Below are positions 1 through 11,500 of a stretch of DNA of 41,586 nucleotides, piece by piece. Below the pieces are notes generated by a model. That model did no database searches. It was not told the DNA's origin and saw nothing but the letters and a program-made list of their open reading frames with translations. The DNA comes from Hyphochytrium catenoides (Eukaryota; Protista; Hyphochytriomycota): the NCBI GenBank assembly GCA_900088475.1, contig FLMG01003171.1, positions 1-41,586 of the forward strand, in the 5' to 3' direction. The translations under genes were made by a program, and so were the position numbers. Positions within the stretch are counted from its first letter, which is position 1. Each line of letters starts with the position of its first letter.

Positions 1-2730
1 TGAAAAACCAAATAGTGAAATTTTGATCACAAACACACAGACAGAAACCCAGACAACACGAAAAAGTCCATTCGTGCTGAAGCCACTGTGGGCTGAAATT
101 GAGGCTCACCCTTCGGGCTCGCAATAACAGGGACTTCATGATAATTATCTGTGAATCGACTCAATGAATGTCTGTCTTGGTGCTCTGCTGATCAATCTGC
201 GCCTCGTTCTATCCTCCTCCTAACAAAGTCCTTTTGCTCAAAAGAAGAGGTCGAGGAATTCTCCTCACATCTCTTCACCCATAAAACAGTTTATATCGGT
301 AAGGACTATGCCTCTGAGAGCTAGGTGTGTACAGAGAGTGATTACTGGCAACGCGCATTGTATCACTCAACACTCTAATGTTAACTATGGATTATTACCA
401 GGAGAGAACAGGTCTCTCTATTAGGAATACATCTCAGTAGTATTCAGGATTCCAAATCCAATAGGGTCCCACAATCTAGACACTACCCTTTCTGGCTTAT
501 AAGCCGAGGAGGAACTCATAATATAATTGTCTCCGAACCCCATACATTCATCAAGTAATATAATGTTTCTTTGTTGTTGTCTACTATCTGCTGTCTGCTG
601 TAGTCACTTTTCATATTATTACAAATTATATGTTGGTGAAAAAGAGATATTGACTAGTAGCAGGCCAAAACTGTTTCACGCAAAAAAGCAGGATCAGAAC
701 TTCAGGATGGCTAGAGACTGTACTGAGATAGAAGCAGACACCGGACAATATTAACTCAATCGATCCTGTCTCTCTAAATAAGAAGAGTCTTCAGGAAGCT
801 CGTCTCTCGCTATGGGTTATGCTCCTCGGAAAACTTGACGCAGAAGCAGTAGCTACCTAATATACGTCCGAGAGAAAACATGCCCGTATTCCTCATTGGT
901 GCAGTGGAGCGTTGAGAGTTAAGGGAAGGCGGAATTTGTGATTACTAGACAATTATCAACAAGAGTTTCGCCTAATACCTCCGTCCACCTTCGAGTATTC
1001 CATACTGTCTTCGCGATCTCCACCTCCCATGCTGTTCATCTCTCCACCCACAAGAGGAGGCTACCCTCTTTTGGTGCAATGGCTGGTGGGTTTCTTGTAT
1101 CAACCAAAGGACGTCCCCGCTGGCAGCGTCAATTTATTATGGAGTTTACAGGGTTAAAAACAGAAGCACAGGAAGCGTTCCCACTCGAGCATGCAACCCA
1201 GAAGAGCGGAACTATAGGGAAAGAAGCAAGAGCGGGGCCGCCTATTGGAAGAGGACAGGACTTCATCAAACGGATAGAATTGCTTGGCACTTGTGCTCTA
1301 TCCTCTAACGTCACTTCACAGTTCCCGGTCAGGCTTCTGCGAATAAATATCAGTAAGGGTGATCTTCCTTAGGCTTGCTGCGCGCCTGCCATTGATTAGC
1401 GTAGTTCGAGTGGGCCGGTGTTGGGCGAATACTTTACAGGCTCTGATCGTTTGAACGCCTGTTAGTTTGAATGAAATTTACAGTGAAAGGCAAAGAAGGG
1501 CCGGATAGTAAGGAGGAGGAGGCCACCTGTTGTTGCATTTTTCTCCCGGACTTGGAGGCTCGATCGAAGGAAATTTTCTCCTGATAATGCTTCCTTTCGC
1601 CATTGGCTATGGACCTATAATAAGGAAGGACCTTATCAATATTATCTATTAGGAAGACATCATGCACGAGAAAAACGACATCTTGAAGTTATGTACTACA
1701 CCGCCGTGGTCAATATGTAGAATCCGGTGGTGACGACAACCCCTCCTGAGGAGGATGGGTGAATCGACTGACGACCGCTCATCTGGGTTCCGGACGTACG
1801 TTTTCGTATCATCTTACACCCTCCTGATAATAAGCAGCTGTGAGTCCCGGCCCTAGCACGACAAAAGTGCAATTCTTGTTAAAATCGCTCGCCCCCACTC
1901 TGAAGGATGAGGCCATGACGGTGCGTACTTACGACTACCGCTTCATTTGACGAGCGGTTGTTGCTTTTGGTTCGGTCTAGGCACTTGGTGTATAGTTATT
2001 TGTTGGTAGATCAATTGTGTAGGAACAATCAGCTTGGGACCAATAATATCTATCACCACCATGCCCACAAGCAGTCCTTGTGGGCCAGTATGGAAGCTTT
2101 ATTAAGGTCCTTCGTTTGAATCCAGATTATTGCTAGTGGGGCAGCAGGAGGTGAAAGAAAAAGATGATGGTTGCCGTCTTTCTTTCCACGAGCTAGCGTT
2201 GCCCTAGCATCTTCCACCGGCATGACTGATGAGGGTGAGTGATCACGCTGCTGGCCACCAGGAAGGAGAGTGAGCAGCAGCATAAAATGGAGGAGACTAT
2301 GAAGAGATGCGCGGCGGTGGTCATGGTCATACTACTACAATCTTAGCACTTGTCATATCAAGCTCAGCGCCATGGTATTTGGTTTTCTGTCGTGGAGGAT
2401 AGTTTAATCCTTTTTTCTTCGATCATGATTGTGCGACTGTATTCACTCTCCATCATCGCAAGCATCATGATCTGATGACTACCGCCAGTAGTAGGAGCAC
2501 TGATAAGCGATCGCATAAGGAGGAACTTCTACGATCAAGCCACTGCAGTAGACAGGGAAGCAACACTATCGAGCCGACCGACTCATTAGTCATCTATCAC
2601 CACAGCAGGACCGTGGCAGCAGCAATAGACGGGGGTCTCTTCTCTTCTTGCCCCACTAACAACGAACTTCTTAACGAGCCAGCCCCTCCTGGTGTTAGTG
2701 AACGGAATAAGAGTCGTTCCTCATGAGTGC

Positions 2731-2813
2731 CGGGCTGTCGACAGCGCCCGACGAGTAACCCTAGTCATACTGTTGTCGACAGCGTTCGACGAGTAACCCT
2801 AGTCATACTGCTG
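2731..2813 (+). repeat. Two-copy 38-bp tandem repeat; each copy has a hairpin, a short spacer and CTAG-T (Helitron 3'-terminus-like)
   Basis: TGTCGACAGCG(CC/TT)CGACGAGTAACCCTAGTCATACTG starts at 2736 and 2774. CGGGC..GCCCG stem at 2731-2750. CTAG at 2761-2764 and 2799-2802, each followed by T. The repeat is directly visible; the Helitron reading is inference. Confidence 0.75.
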
Positions 2814-3199
2814 CGTGACAATAAAGGCATTCTCAATGCCGCCATGATGGCATTAAAACTTTTTAAAGGTGGACGGAGATATGGCTAGAGCAAAGCTAGT
2901 ATGAGAAGGCAAAAACCTAACCGCTCCTTTCTGCCTCGCTACCACCCCCCTAGTGCCTGAATCGCAGTGGACGTTTTAGTTAGCTCCACCGCTACTGAAA
3001 TTCTCCCACGCATAGGGTTAAAGAAAGAGCAAACTTAAGCAGGGAACGCTCTTCCTACTGTGGCAGCAGACATAATGGGTGATTTCCGCAGCACAGGACA
3101 GAGAGTTAGATAGCAGGGTGAAAGCCGGAGAGTGTGACGTCAAAGGCCGTTCAATACCAGTCGGGCTCGTAGTCCTCGATGCAAATCACTGGGGGAGCC

Positions 3200-4784
3200 A
3201 CCATCTGTTAGGGGCAGCGATCTGGTGCTCTAGCTACCGGGTAGATGGGCGATAGGAAGAAGGCCATCTTGGCGATGAGTCTCATCACGGGTGTGGTCCG
3301 CCCTAGAAAACGTGGCGTGTGGCGTGAGCAATACGCTGCATGTCGAACCGACCGTGACATTGCATACATGACCTGTCTGCTTCCAGCCAGGGGAGACCGA
3401 AAAAGCTCTGAGCATGATGCAGAGAACATTTGAGTCAGGCATTCACTACTAGTCTATGCGTGGAATACCAGGTAGCAGATAGAGCGTGAATCAAGACACC
3501 TGCATCTGCAATTGCCCCAGCAAGCAGAACAAGACGACGAGCTCCATCCCTATACTTAGCCCCTGCCAAAGACGATTCTGAAGAAGTGTCTATCACGTAT
3601 CTTCTGACAATTGTCCCTGTACACGCCGTAGCAATGAAAGGTTCTCAAGTGTATGCTGGTTGTTGCCATTCTCCCGGTTAGGTATCAACAGAAGAAGCTT
3701 GCTCGGTCTCCTCTGGTATACTAAAAGGCTTAGCAGCGCCTTTTCTCTGAGAATGGAAGCGATGGAATTTGCATCTGGACAGTGGTACCTTGACTTTGTT
3801 TGCCCTGCAAATGTCGGGACTGTGAGTCACACTAAGGACACCGCAGCTAAAGGCAGAGTCCTCGTGAGCACAAGAGCCCATCGAGACTGCAGGACTTTAG
3901 CAAAGCTCGCGTCATCTCCTCTAGCGGGCTCTGCCTCGTGTTCGGCTGCGGATGAAAACTCCATTAGGCTTGGACACCAGGGCCTGCCTCCCTCCTCTTC
4001 TCCGTACTGCGCCCGTTGTGATACTTTCCCTGCTGCTGCAGGAAGGAGGAGGCAGCAAGAGGTGTCCGGGTGCAGATGACAGTCGAAGAAGTCAAAGATC
4101 CTCTCTCTCATGGGTCAGCAGAAGGACGGAGCCGTTCGCCTGCCTTGGGAACGGGAGTAAGTGTCGGCTCTACTACTTCATACAAATCCCAGATGTGTTG
4201 TACTCGTAATGGCTGTACAGGAGGTCGATTGTACACTCGTTTGGCTGTAAAGTGCCCTCTTACCGATACTGTAGGACCGTCGTTACCGGCTCCTGTGGGA
4301 AGGGGTACAGGAAGGAGAGGAGGGAGGAAGGGAGGGAGAGAGATGACGCTTCGGACCGCTGAGCAGCAGGCGGTTACCCTTCACTCCTTCCCTTCACTCC
4401 GTCCTGGCTAGGGTTGTACGCGTTAAGAGGATGCCGCACTGCTCCTCCCTCCCTCGCTCCCTCCCTACACCTGGCCCCCGCTCCTCCGCCTCCAGCGCCG
4501 CTCCGCGCTTCCCTCAACTCCTCCGCCCTGCCCTCACTCCGCAATCCAAAGAGTAGCCACTGTGTGTGGGGCCAATTTGCTTGCGACTCTGGTGTAAGAG
4601 CTCAACCGTCTCTTCCTTAGCTGCCACATTCGCTCCTCCATGCGGTCACCTTTGTTCCCCTTTATCTAAGCCGCACCGGTCCACAGTCTTAGTGTGCAAT
4701 ACTTTTCTCCATCAACTTACGGCTCCTGGTATCCAGGAGCTTGTAGTTGAGGTTCGGTCCTGGAAGGCCCTGGTTCCTGTTCAT
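3200..4784 (-). CDS. Possible multi-exon hypothetical gene, divergent from IFT57; exon structure unresolved
   Basis: Minus-strand ATG at 4784 (MNRNQGLPGPNLNYKLLDTRS) followed by a perfect GTAAGT donor at 4720. Further donor/acceptor-like sites downstream and coding-like ORF 3827-4111. I could not assemble one open frame; left boundary is approximate. Confidence 0.25.
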
Positions 4785-4825
4785 AGCACTGCGTCTCTGA
4801 AAGCTTTCACACGTTTAGCGGGATA

Positions 4826-7332
4826 ATGAGCGACGCACTCGATGGCGGAGGTGATGTCGAGGGCGCCAAAAAGGAGCAGCAGTCTGCTGGAGTGGCCTCG
4901 GCTTCCGTGGTAGGTCTCAGCTGTATTTGCCTTCTCTGAACGTTTCTTATATGTGAGGTGTCAGCAGTACGATGCGGTGCAGATGAGTGAGGAGGCAACG
5001 GAGAAGCTCAAGCTGCTGAACTATGAGGAGCATCTTTGCCAGAAGAAAGGCATGGCACCGTTGCACAAAGCTTATTTTGCTATCCCTGACAAGAATGCGA
5101 GGTGCCCTTTACTTTTTGTGCTCGGCCGTTCCTCTTTATCCCATCTAACCCTTTCTGTACCCTTGATCTCTTTCGTTTCTCTTATTCTCCACCTGTACTT
5201 TACCTTTCGCTGTAACCCATAGCATTCAGTTCAAGGCCTTTCTGGATGTCGCAACGTGGCTGCTGAAGCTATGCGGACAGGAGTTCACGGTCGACAAGTT
5301 TGACGACCCAACGACGAGCGTAAACAAACTGCTCCTCGTCGCCAAAAACGCGCTGGGTTTCGAGATGGACTTCCCTGTCACCAAGTTGAAAGTTGGAAGT
5401 GGGGATGCAGTCTGCTCCATGCTTAACTTTCTTTGCGATAAGGTAGAAGGTCTTCTCCGCACTCTATTCTCTCTTGTACTGAGAAAAGCTGGCGCCTGTC
5501 CAGGCACTAGCCTCCAGTGCTCCGAGCTGGGAGAGACCCAAGTATCCCGAAGAGAGCTACCCTGAAGAGGTGAGCTTATACTGTCTCTTCTTCTCCTGTC
5601 ATCCCAACGACGCTGTCTCCATGATTCCGCTTCGTCTTCCGGAACTCTCTCTTTTGTCTGGCTAACCGCTAAGATGTAGGCGGAGGTAGATGAGGAAGCC
5701 GAAGTTGCAGATGTGTCTGAAGAGATTCCTGAGGAGGATGAGCCCGAGGTAAGCCACGCCCCTGCCGCGTACGGAAGATTCTTGCCTAACAAACCAAAAA
5801 GATACTCTATGCAGACTTCTTTGGGAGCAAGCAAATGGAGTCGGAGGATGTCTTGCAGGCGTCCTTCATTGAGGCGAATGTACGTAAATTACGGGTGGAG
5901 AGAGGCTGCAGGGTACCGACACCGAAGACAGAGATGTCAAGATGCCTTTGAATCAGCACTGCTAGATAGCTACCTATGAAACATCAGCGAGTCCATTTGC
6001 AGAGCAGGAGAGGAGCGCCTAAGACGGCGATAAATAGTTCGTCATCAACCTCTCCTTGTCCATCTAAAAAGGCCTATCCCCTTAGGTGGACCCCACGCTG
6101 TGGAAGACAGAACTAGAGCGGGTGGAGTCGCGGCTCAAGGCGAAGATTAAAGATGTTGACATTGTTGGCGAGGAGTGGCGGGCTCACATCGATCAGACCA
6201 AGAAGCACGACGCCGTAAGTCTTATACCCAGTAGGCTGTTAGGGAGAGAAAAGGAAAGGAAAGGATACTGAAGAGTGCAGCTTTTGGAGAAGTAGGTCAT
6301 ACGTACCCGCGTAATCTGCACCGATAACTGCGGATGGAAAGGGGCCAGACGGCAAAGAAACGGCAGTCAGCGATCTCACAACCAATGATGGAGGGCAATG
6401 GTAGGTAACAGCTAATTTCTCTCCTCGCCCAGACGCTTGTCGATCACTTTCCAAACTCTCGGACTGCACTGCAACAAATCACTGACCAAGTGGGACAAGC
6501 GGTGGAACGAATTTCAGGAAAGGAGAAGGCGATAAATTCACAGTTTGACGAGCTGGTAAGCGCCCCGTCCCCTCTCCTGCTCTCGCTTGGGGTATCATGT
6601 GAGGCGCTTCCGGATCGCTGACGATCCCTTCTAGATCGCCGAATATCAGAAAATCTTGGGCCGTACAAATACCTCTCACGAGAAACAACGGAAGGTCTCA
6701 GAGCACATGAGCCAGCTCACGAACGAGCTGGCCGAGCTGTCAGACCAGTTGGAGGACCTCAAGGTAGCAGGCCAGCTTTAACTGTTGCTCGTTTGGTTCG
6801 CCTACCTTGGCCGATATGGACTGCTTTTACTGCTGGAATGATCTTTCCGCTCTTCCCATTCAGTCAATCTTTCCGCTCGCGGCTACCCCCACTCCCTATC
6901 TGCAGCATTCTTCATTACGCTTTTACTTTTTGCTTCCGCTTCACAGTAATATTTGCGCTATAAGAAGTGATCCTCTAACCGCGCGCTACCTACAGTCACA
7001 TATGGATGATAGAGGAAACAGTATGACGGACACTTCGCCACTGGTGAAGATCAAAACCGCACTGCAGACACTCAAGCAAGAGATTAAAGCTTTCGACCTC
7101 AGAATTGGCGTCGTAGGGTACGCCCAAACGATTATATGTCCCCTCATTAGCTTTCCACCTTCCTCCGGGCAGGATTGACTTACATCTTGCTTTTCCCAGA
7201 CACACCCTGATGCAAACGAAGCTGCGCATGAAGCTCACTCAGGACAAGATTGATAGCAAGAAAACCAAGAAGAAGGTTACTTATGAGGACATGGAGCCGG
7301 AGATGGACGTAAGCGAGGACGAGCTCTTTTGA
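4826..7332 (+). CDS. IFT57: Intraflagellar transport protein 57 (IFT57/HIPPI), 11 exons, ~428 aa
   Basis: Exons 4826-4909, 4968(or 4965)-5101, 5223-5442, 5504-5569, 5680-5748, 5802-5879, 6086-6214, 6433-6555, 6635-6763, 6996-7117, 7200-7332 splice in frame. Family hallmarks: EKLKLLNYE, DKFDDP, KLKVGSGDAVC, WKTELERV, EWRAHIDQ, RGNSMTDTSPLVKIKTALQTLKQEI..DLRIGVVGHTL. Confidence 0.95.
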
Positions 7333-7660
7333 GTAGGAATTATGTGGGAGACTTGGTAGGACACCGGCCACGGACGACTTCAGAGTATAAAATGTGAATG
7401 CTGATATCTATATTACCTCTGAGAAAGACTGCTCGTAGTCAATGAGACCGAGGAAGAGTTGGCAGGCGAGGAAGCAGAGTGCAGTTAAGAAATTCAAAGC
7501 TCTGGCAAACTAGTGAAAGAAAACAAGAGGAAGAGATAAGAGAAGTACTGAAGTAGGAAAGCGGTAGAAGTAGGCCAGTGACAAACCAAAAGCCTCCGGC
7601 CTCATGTAGCTTTGTCCCGCTTCCTTCTCAAAGGACAGGTGCGTGATTATTATAATGCCC

Positions 7661-10059
7661 CTAGACAATAGGGACATAGCCTCGCTGCTTGGAGTAGTCA
7701 ATGTGCTACAGGGGCACGCAGTTAGCTACCTTTGTGACGTGAGCAAGACTTGCCCGTAAAGGCAACAGGAAGAGAGACTAAGACGCAGTGGGAAAGCTTT
7801 CTCACCTTGGCGGTCACCAAGAACTGAATGAGCATGCCCAACAGCCCTAATCCAATGGTGGCTCCGAGATATATCCAGTACTGTGAGCATAACAATATGG
7901 ATCGTTAAGTCAGAATCTAGAATAGGGAGAGAGATGTCTAGGACAATCCAAGCTGTACAGTCGGTCTCTTACCTCCTCTGGCACATGCTGTAGATCGTGT
8001 GTGAACTCTGTGATGGCTGGCGGGTACCTGTGTGGCAGCAGCGTATTTAGCCTCAAGTTGGAAAGGAATGCAGGATCGACAGAGCTCGTACCCGCCGTAG
8101 TAGTAGCCAACTACTTTGAGGACCCAGTAAGCACCGGCGAAAGCCGTACAGAGGATGAGGACCGGGCTGGAGATGAAATCGACATCAGAAAAAGGAACCT
8201 CTTGTCAGCCTGTGATGTACCGTCTTATATAACTCTCTTGTCTCTGCCCTCAATTACGGGCATTTCTTCCTCCACTATGCTCTTGTTAGCCCCCTGCCTC
8301 TCTTATTACATCCTGCTGTCGCCCTTCTCAAGATTGAGGCACACTATCACCTCTGTCCCCAGTCTGTCAGCGTTACAGGTAGAGACTGAACACGTACCGC
8401 TCAAACTTCACGGCGAGGAGGCCAACAATCAACCCAGCCAGGCCCATTACCGAGAAGGCTACAAGAGAGCCGTAGGCCGGGTACCAGTCTATTGTATCAT
8501 TCCAGAAACAGATTAAGAAAAGAGGGACGTGCAGGAAAACGACAGCGACCTCACCATATAGCAGGCTAATATAGAGCGTACTGCCAAGAAGCACTCCAAA
8601 GACGGCCCCTGAAGCAGCAGACAAGAAAACCTTTAGTGCTAAATGGAGAACCACCTTGTGGTTCCCTCAACTTGTAGCTCGCGTAAGGATAAAGAATAAG
8701 CCGGTAGCTGGGACACAAATGACCGAGCACAAGATGGCAACGTTATGCAGAATGCGAAGGCAAAGCATGAAGCACAGGGACCAAAGGTTAAGCTCACGAA
8801 TAACCTGTTAAAAAGACGCCCAGCTGCCAGAGCGCCACTGCCACCCAGCCGCCGCCGAGGCCGGCAGCCAGCAAAGCTACCACCTCACCCAGTTCCAAAG
8901 CCGAGACCTGCGTTTCGATTCCATTTATCTGCTGGTAGATCAGCCACCCCTGTGCAGAAGAGAAATAAGCACCAGCACATCGCCGTGGAGCTTGGGTAGG
9001 ACTAACAGATTTGAAGAGATCATGATAAAAGAGAACAAGCCAAGGTTGAAGAGGTAGGAAGCCAGCATTGGAGAGGTAGAAGATTTGGCGAGAGAGGATA
9101 GAACTATCCCATCAGCTGTGAGAAGATAGAGCAGCCAGTCAACTTTAAACTTTGTGTCGAAATGGAAGGCATCGATAGTTCAGCTGACCAGCAGCACTCA
9201 CCAAGAAGATGCCGAGAAGAAAGCCTTGAATGAAGAGAGTCAACCGGAACATACGATAGCCAGCGAAACACTGGGCGTGGCCGGGAGTATCAAGCGCATG
9301 TGAAAGAGAGAAGTTTGATATGTAGCGACAAGAAAACTTTAGTTAGCACAGAGTGGATCAAGGGGAAGATTGGAGGAAGAAAGGAGTCACTTGTAGAGCT
9401 AGAAGGGTTCTGTCCGTCACGAGATAGCAGAGAGCACTGATGAAGAGAGAGCAGCAAGGACAATGGAGCCTTCGCAGAATCGGTCGTCTGGTCTCCCTTA
9501 CCAGAATCGTGGCCCCAAAGCTAATAAGATAGTTGACTGCGTCATCCGTCCACGTGATTCGGACATCCAGCTCGTGAGGTGATGAGGAGGTTGAAGGTTG
9601 GAGAGTAGAAGAGATTGAGGAAGGTGCATCTTGATCTTTTCCTTCAGAGTCCAGGTCAGGACTGCTTTCCTGTTCAGATCCTGCTCTTCCCTCTTTCTCT
9701 CCTTGTTCTCGCTCCCCAACCTTCGAAGCCATCTTTTTCTCCGGCTGATCATCATCAGTATTAGATCTAGACACAGCTTCTTGTTTTACTTTCTCATCCC
9801 GCCCTGCTTTCTCGCTGGTTGTCCTGTCTTTCGCCTTGGTTGTATCTGTGGTGCTGTCTTTCACTCTCTCCGGGCGATCAGCCACTTCCTTTTCGCTTTG
9901 GACCCCATCATTCATTGACAAGACGCCAGGTAAGAGTTCTGAGTTCTGATCGCCCTGGGTCCTAAGCGCCTTTGACTCTTCAGATCGAACGCTACCAGCG
10001 GCGAGGACCAGAAAGAGCGTGGCGCACAGGGCCCCGAGCAGCCGCGTCCTTGTCCTCAT
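7661..10059 (-). CDS. DUF4203 (TMEM198/TM7SF3-like) multi-pass membrane protein with signal peptide and long charged N-terminal region
   Basis: Signal peptide MRTRTRLLGALCATLFLVLAAG; first exon ends at 9502 (GTAAGG donor). Spliced segments: CFAGYRMFRLTLFIQGFLLG, GLGGGWVAVALWQLGVFLTGAVFGVLLG, GLIVGLLAVKFERPVLILCTAFAGAY, YWIYLGATIGLGLLGMLIQF. C-terminus HIDYSKQRGYVPIV* (TAG 7663-7661). Confidence 0.85.
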
Positions 10060-10501
10060 CCCGCAACGGATAGGTTTTCTCAAGGTGCTCGCCCCCTGGG
10101 ACTAGAGCATCCTCGCCCCCTGTGCCAGGATATCTCTGTAACTCTTCTTCCCAAGCAGCATCAGGAAATATGAGATGTGACTGGTAGGGAGTGGGAGAGA
10201 CCGAGGCAGCGGCCAGTGTAGTTGTGGCATCAGTGGCGGCGATGCTGCAGGAGGGAAGGGCAGGGCAGGGCAGGGCAAGCTGTTTGACAGGGGAAGGAAG
10301 GAGGAAAGGGCAGACACAGGGCCGACATTCTGATGTTAGAATATCCAGCCATCAGAATAGAAAGTCTGTCTCTCAGGAATAAACTTGACTAAGGCATTAG
10401 TTATCAGGAATGCCTAGTGCTTTCTTGACACTCTCGTTCTCCTTCCCAAAGATTTGCACTTGAAAGCCCTTCCCTTCCCTTCCCTTCCTCGCCCTGGACC
10501 C

Positions 10502-11166
10502 ATGGCACCCTCACTCACTCAGGGACAGCATCGCGCGGCCAGGGCCCGCGCCACTGACAGGCAAGCAGCAGGAAGATGGTCACAGAAGAACAATCTGAAG
10601 TATAGGACAAGCCGTAAAGGAATCCTCGGCAGAAGAGTGCAGCCTTCGCCAGGCGGTATGATCGCCGAAGGCTGAGCTTAGACTGCTGCCGTGTCTACTC
10701 ACTCCTTCAGCCGGCCGAACTTGGACCCTAGCGAGCTACGACGGTTCGGGCCCTGGCCCACCAGTAGATTGAGAAGAAGACTGTGTGTGGCGAAGATGCT
10801 GACAGTGTAGCTTGGCCCTTTCGCTTTGGCTCGTCTTTTAATTCAATGTATCCATCGTTTTATGCCTCTCACCTATGTCACTGCTGCAACGTCTCGCGTG
10901 TTATGCCCCCCTCTCTCTCAATACCTAGAATCTCTATCTCTTTCCTACGGCAGTTTGATATTCTAGCGTATGGAACTGCCAGGCGTCTTCTTTGAATGTA
11001 AGGATCCTCCCTTCGATACACCCGGAAGATGTTTGAAGAGTCATTCCGCGTCAAGGACTGGCTCCCGCAAAGACAACGGCAAGGAATGTACATCAAAGAA
11101 GTTGTCAAGTGCTCTCGATGTTGGCGTTTGTCGCCATTTGATTGGACGAGGGTAGAGATGAGCTAG
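10502..11166 (+). CDS. Possible small spliced gene (basic protein with a C-terminal CxxC)
   Basis: ATG 10502 (MAPSLTQGQHRAARARATDR), a GTATGA donor and a CCTTCAG acceptor, and a terminal frame MFEESFRVKDWLPQRQRQGMYIKEVVKCSRCWRLSPFDWTRVEMS*. The model needs a GC donor and AAG acceptors, so it is weak. Confidence 0.2.
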
Positions 11167-11500
11167 GTCAACTCTAACATGCGCCCGTCCTCACGGCTTT
11201 TGCAAGGTTTAGGGCAATTTCACTGCAGCAGGATACTGCGGGCTGAGTAGCATCCTTTCTATGTGGGGTCATCGGGACTCATAGAGGGTGGAGCCTATGA
11301 TAAGGCATTTACTAACCTTGAGGGCTCCGAGGTGTAGGCAGCTGACCTCAGCTAGTTGGACCTCAGCCATGGGTTTCGACCGCTCAGGAGAATACCAGCA
11401 GACCTAACGAGGAGAGGCGCTGTTTCACGCAAAAAGGAGAGATGTCGAAGTGCTTCCACGACATCCATCCTCAGCGTGAAATCATGCTCAGCTTTCTCTT

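Noticed and set aside
385-520. Weak non-LTR reverse transcriptase resemblance (DYYQERTGLSI, EQVSLLGIHLS)
   Set aside because: No YADD-like motif and no colinear supporting motifs.
671-686. 16-mer CTGTTTCACGCAAAAA shared with 11420-11435
   Set aside because: One 16-nt match in 41 kb is compatible with chance, and the similarity does not extend convincingly.
2736-2813. CRISPR-like or telomeric interpretation of the 38-bp repeat (contains TAACCCT)
   Set aside because: Only two adjacent copies with no spacers and no cas genes, in a eukaryotic context; a single telomere-like hexamer per unit is not an array.
5226-5834. 202-aa minus-strand ORF and similar shadow ORFs (8001-8516, 27413-27841, 34947-35600, 40181-40984)
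   Set aside because: Antisense to well-supported genes and without protein motifs.
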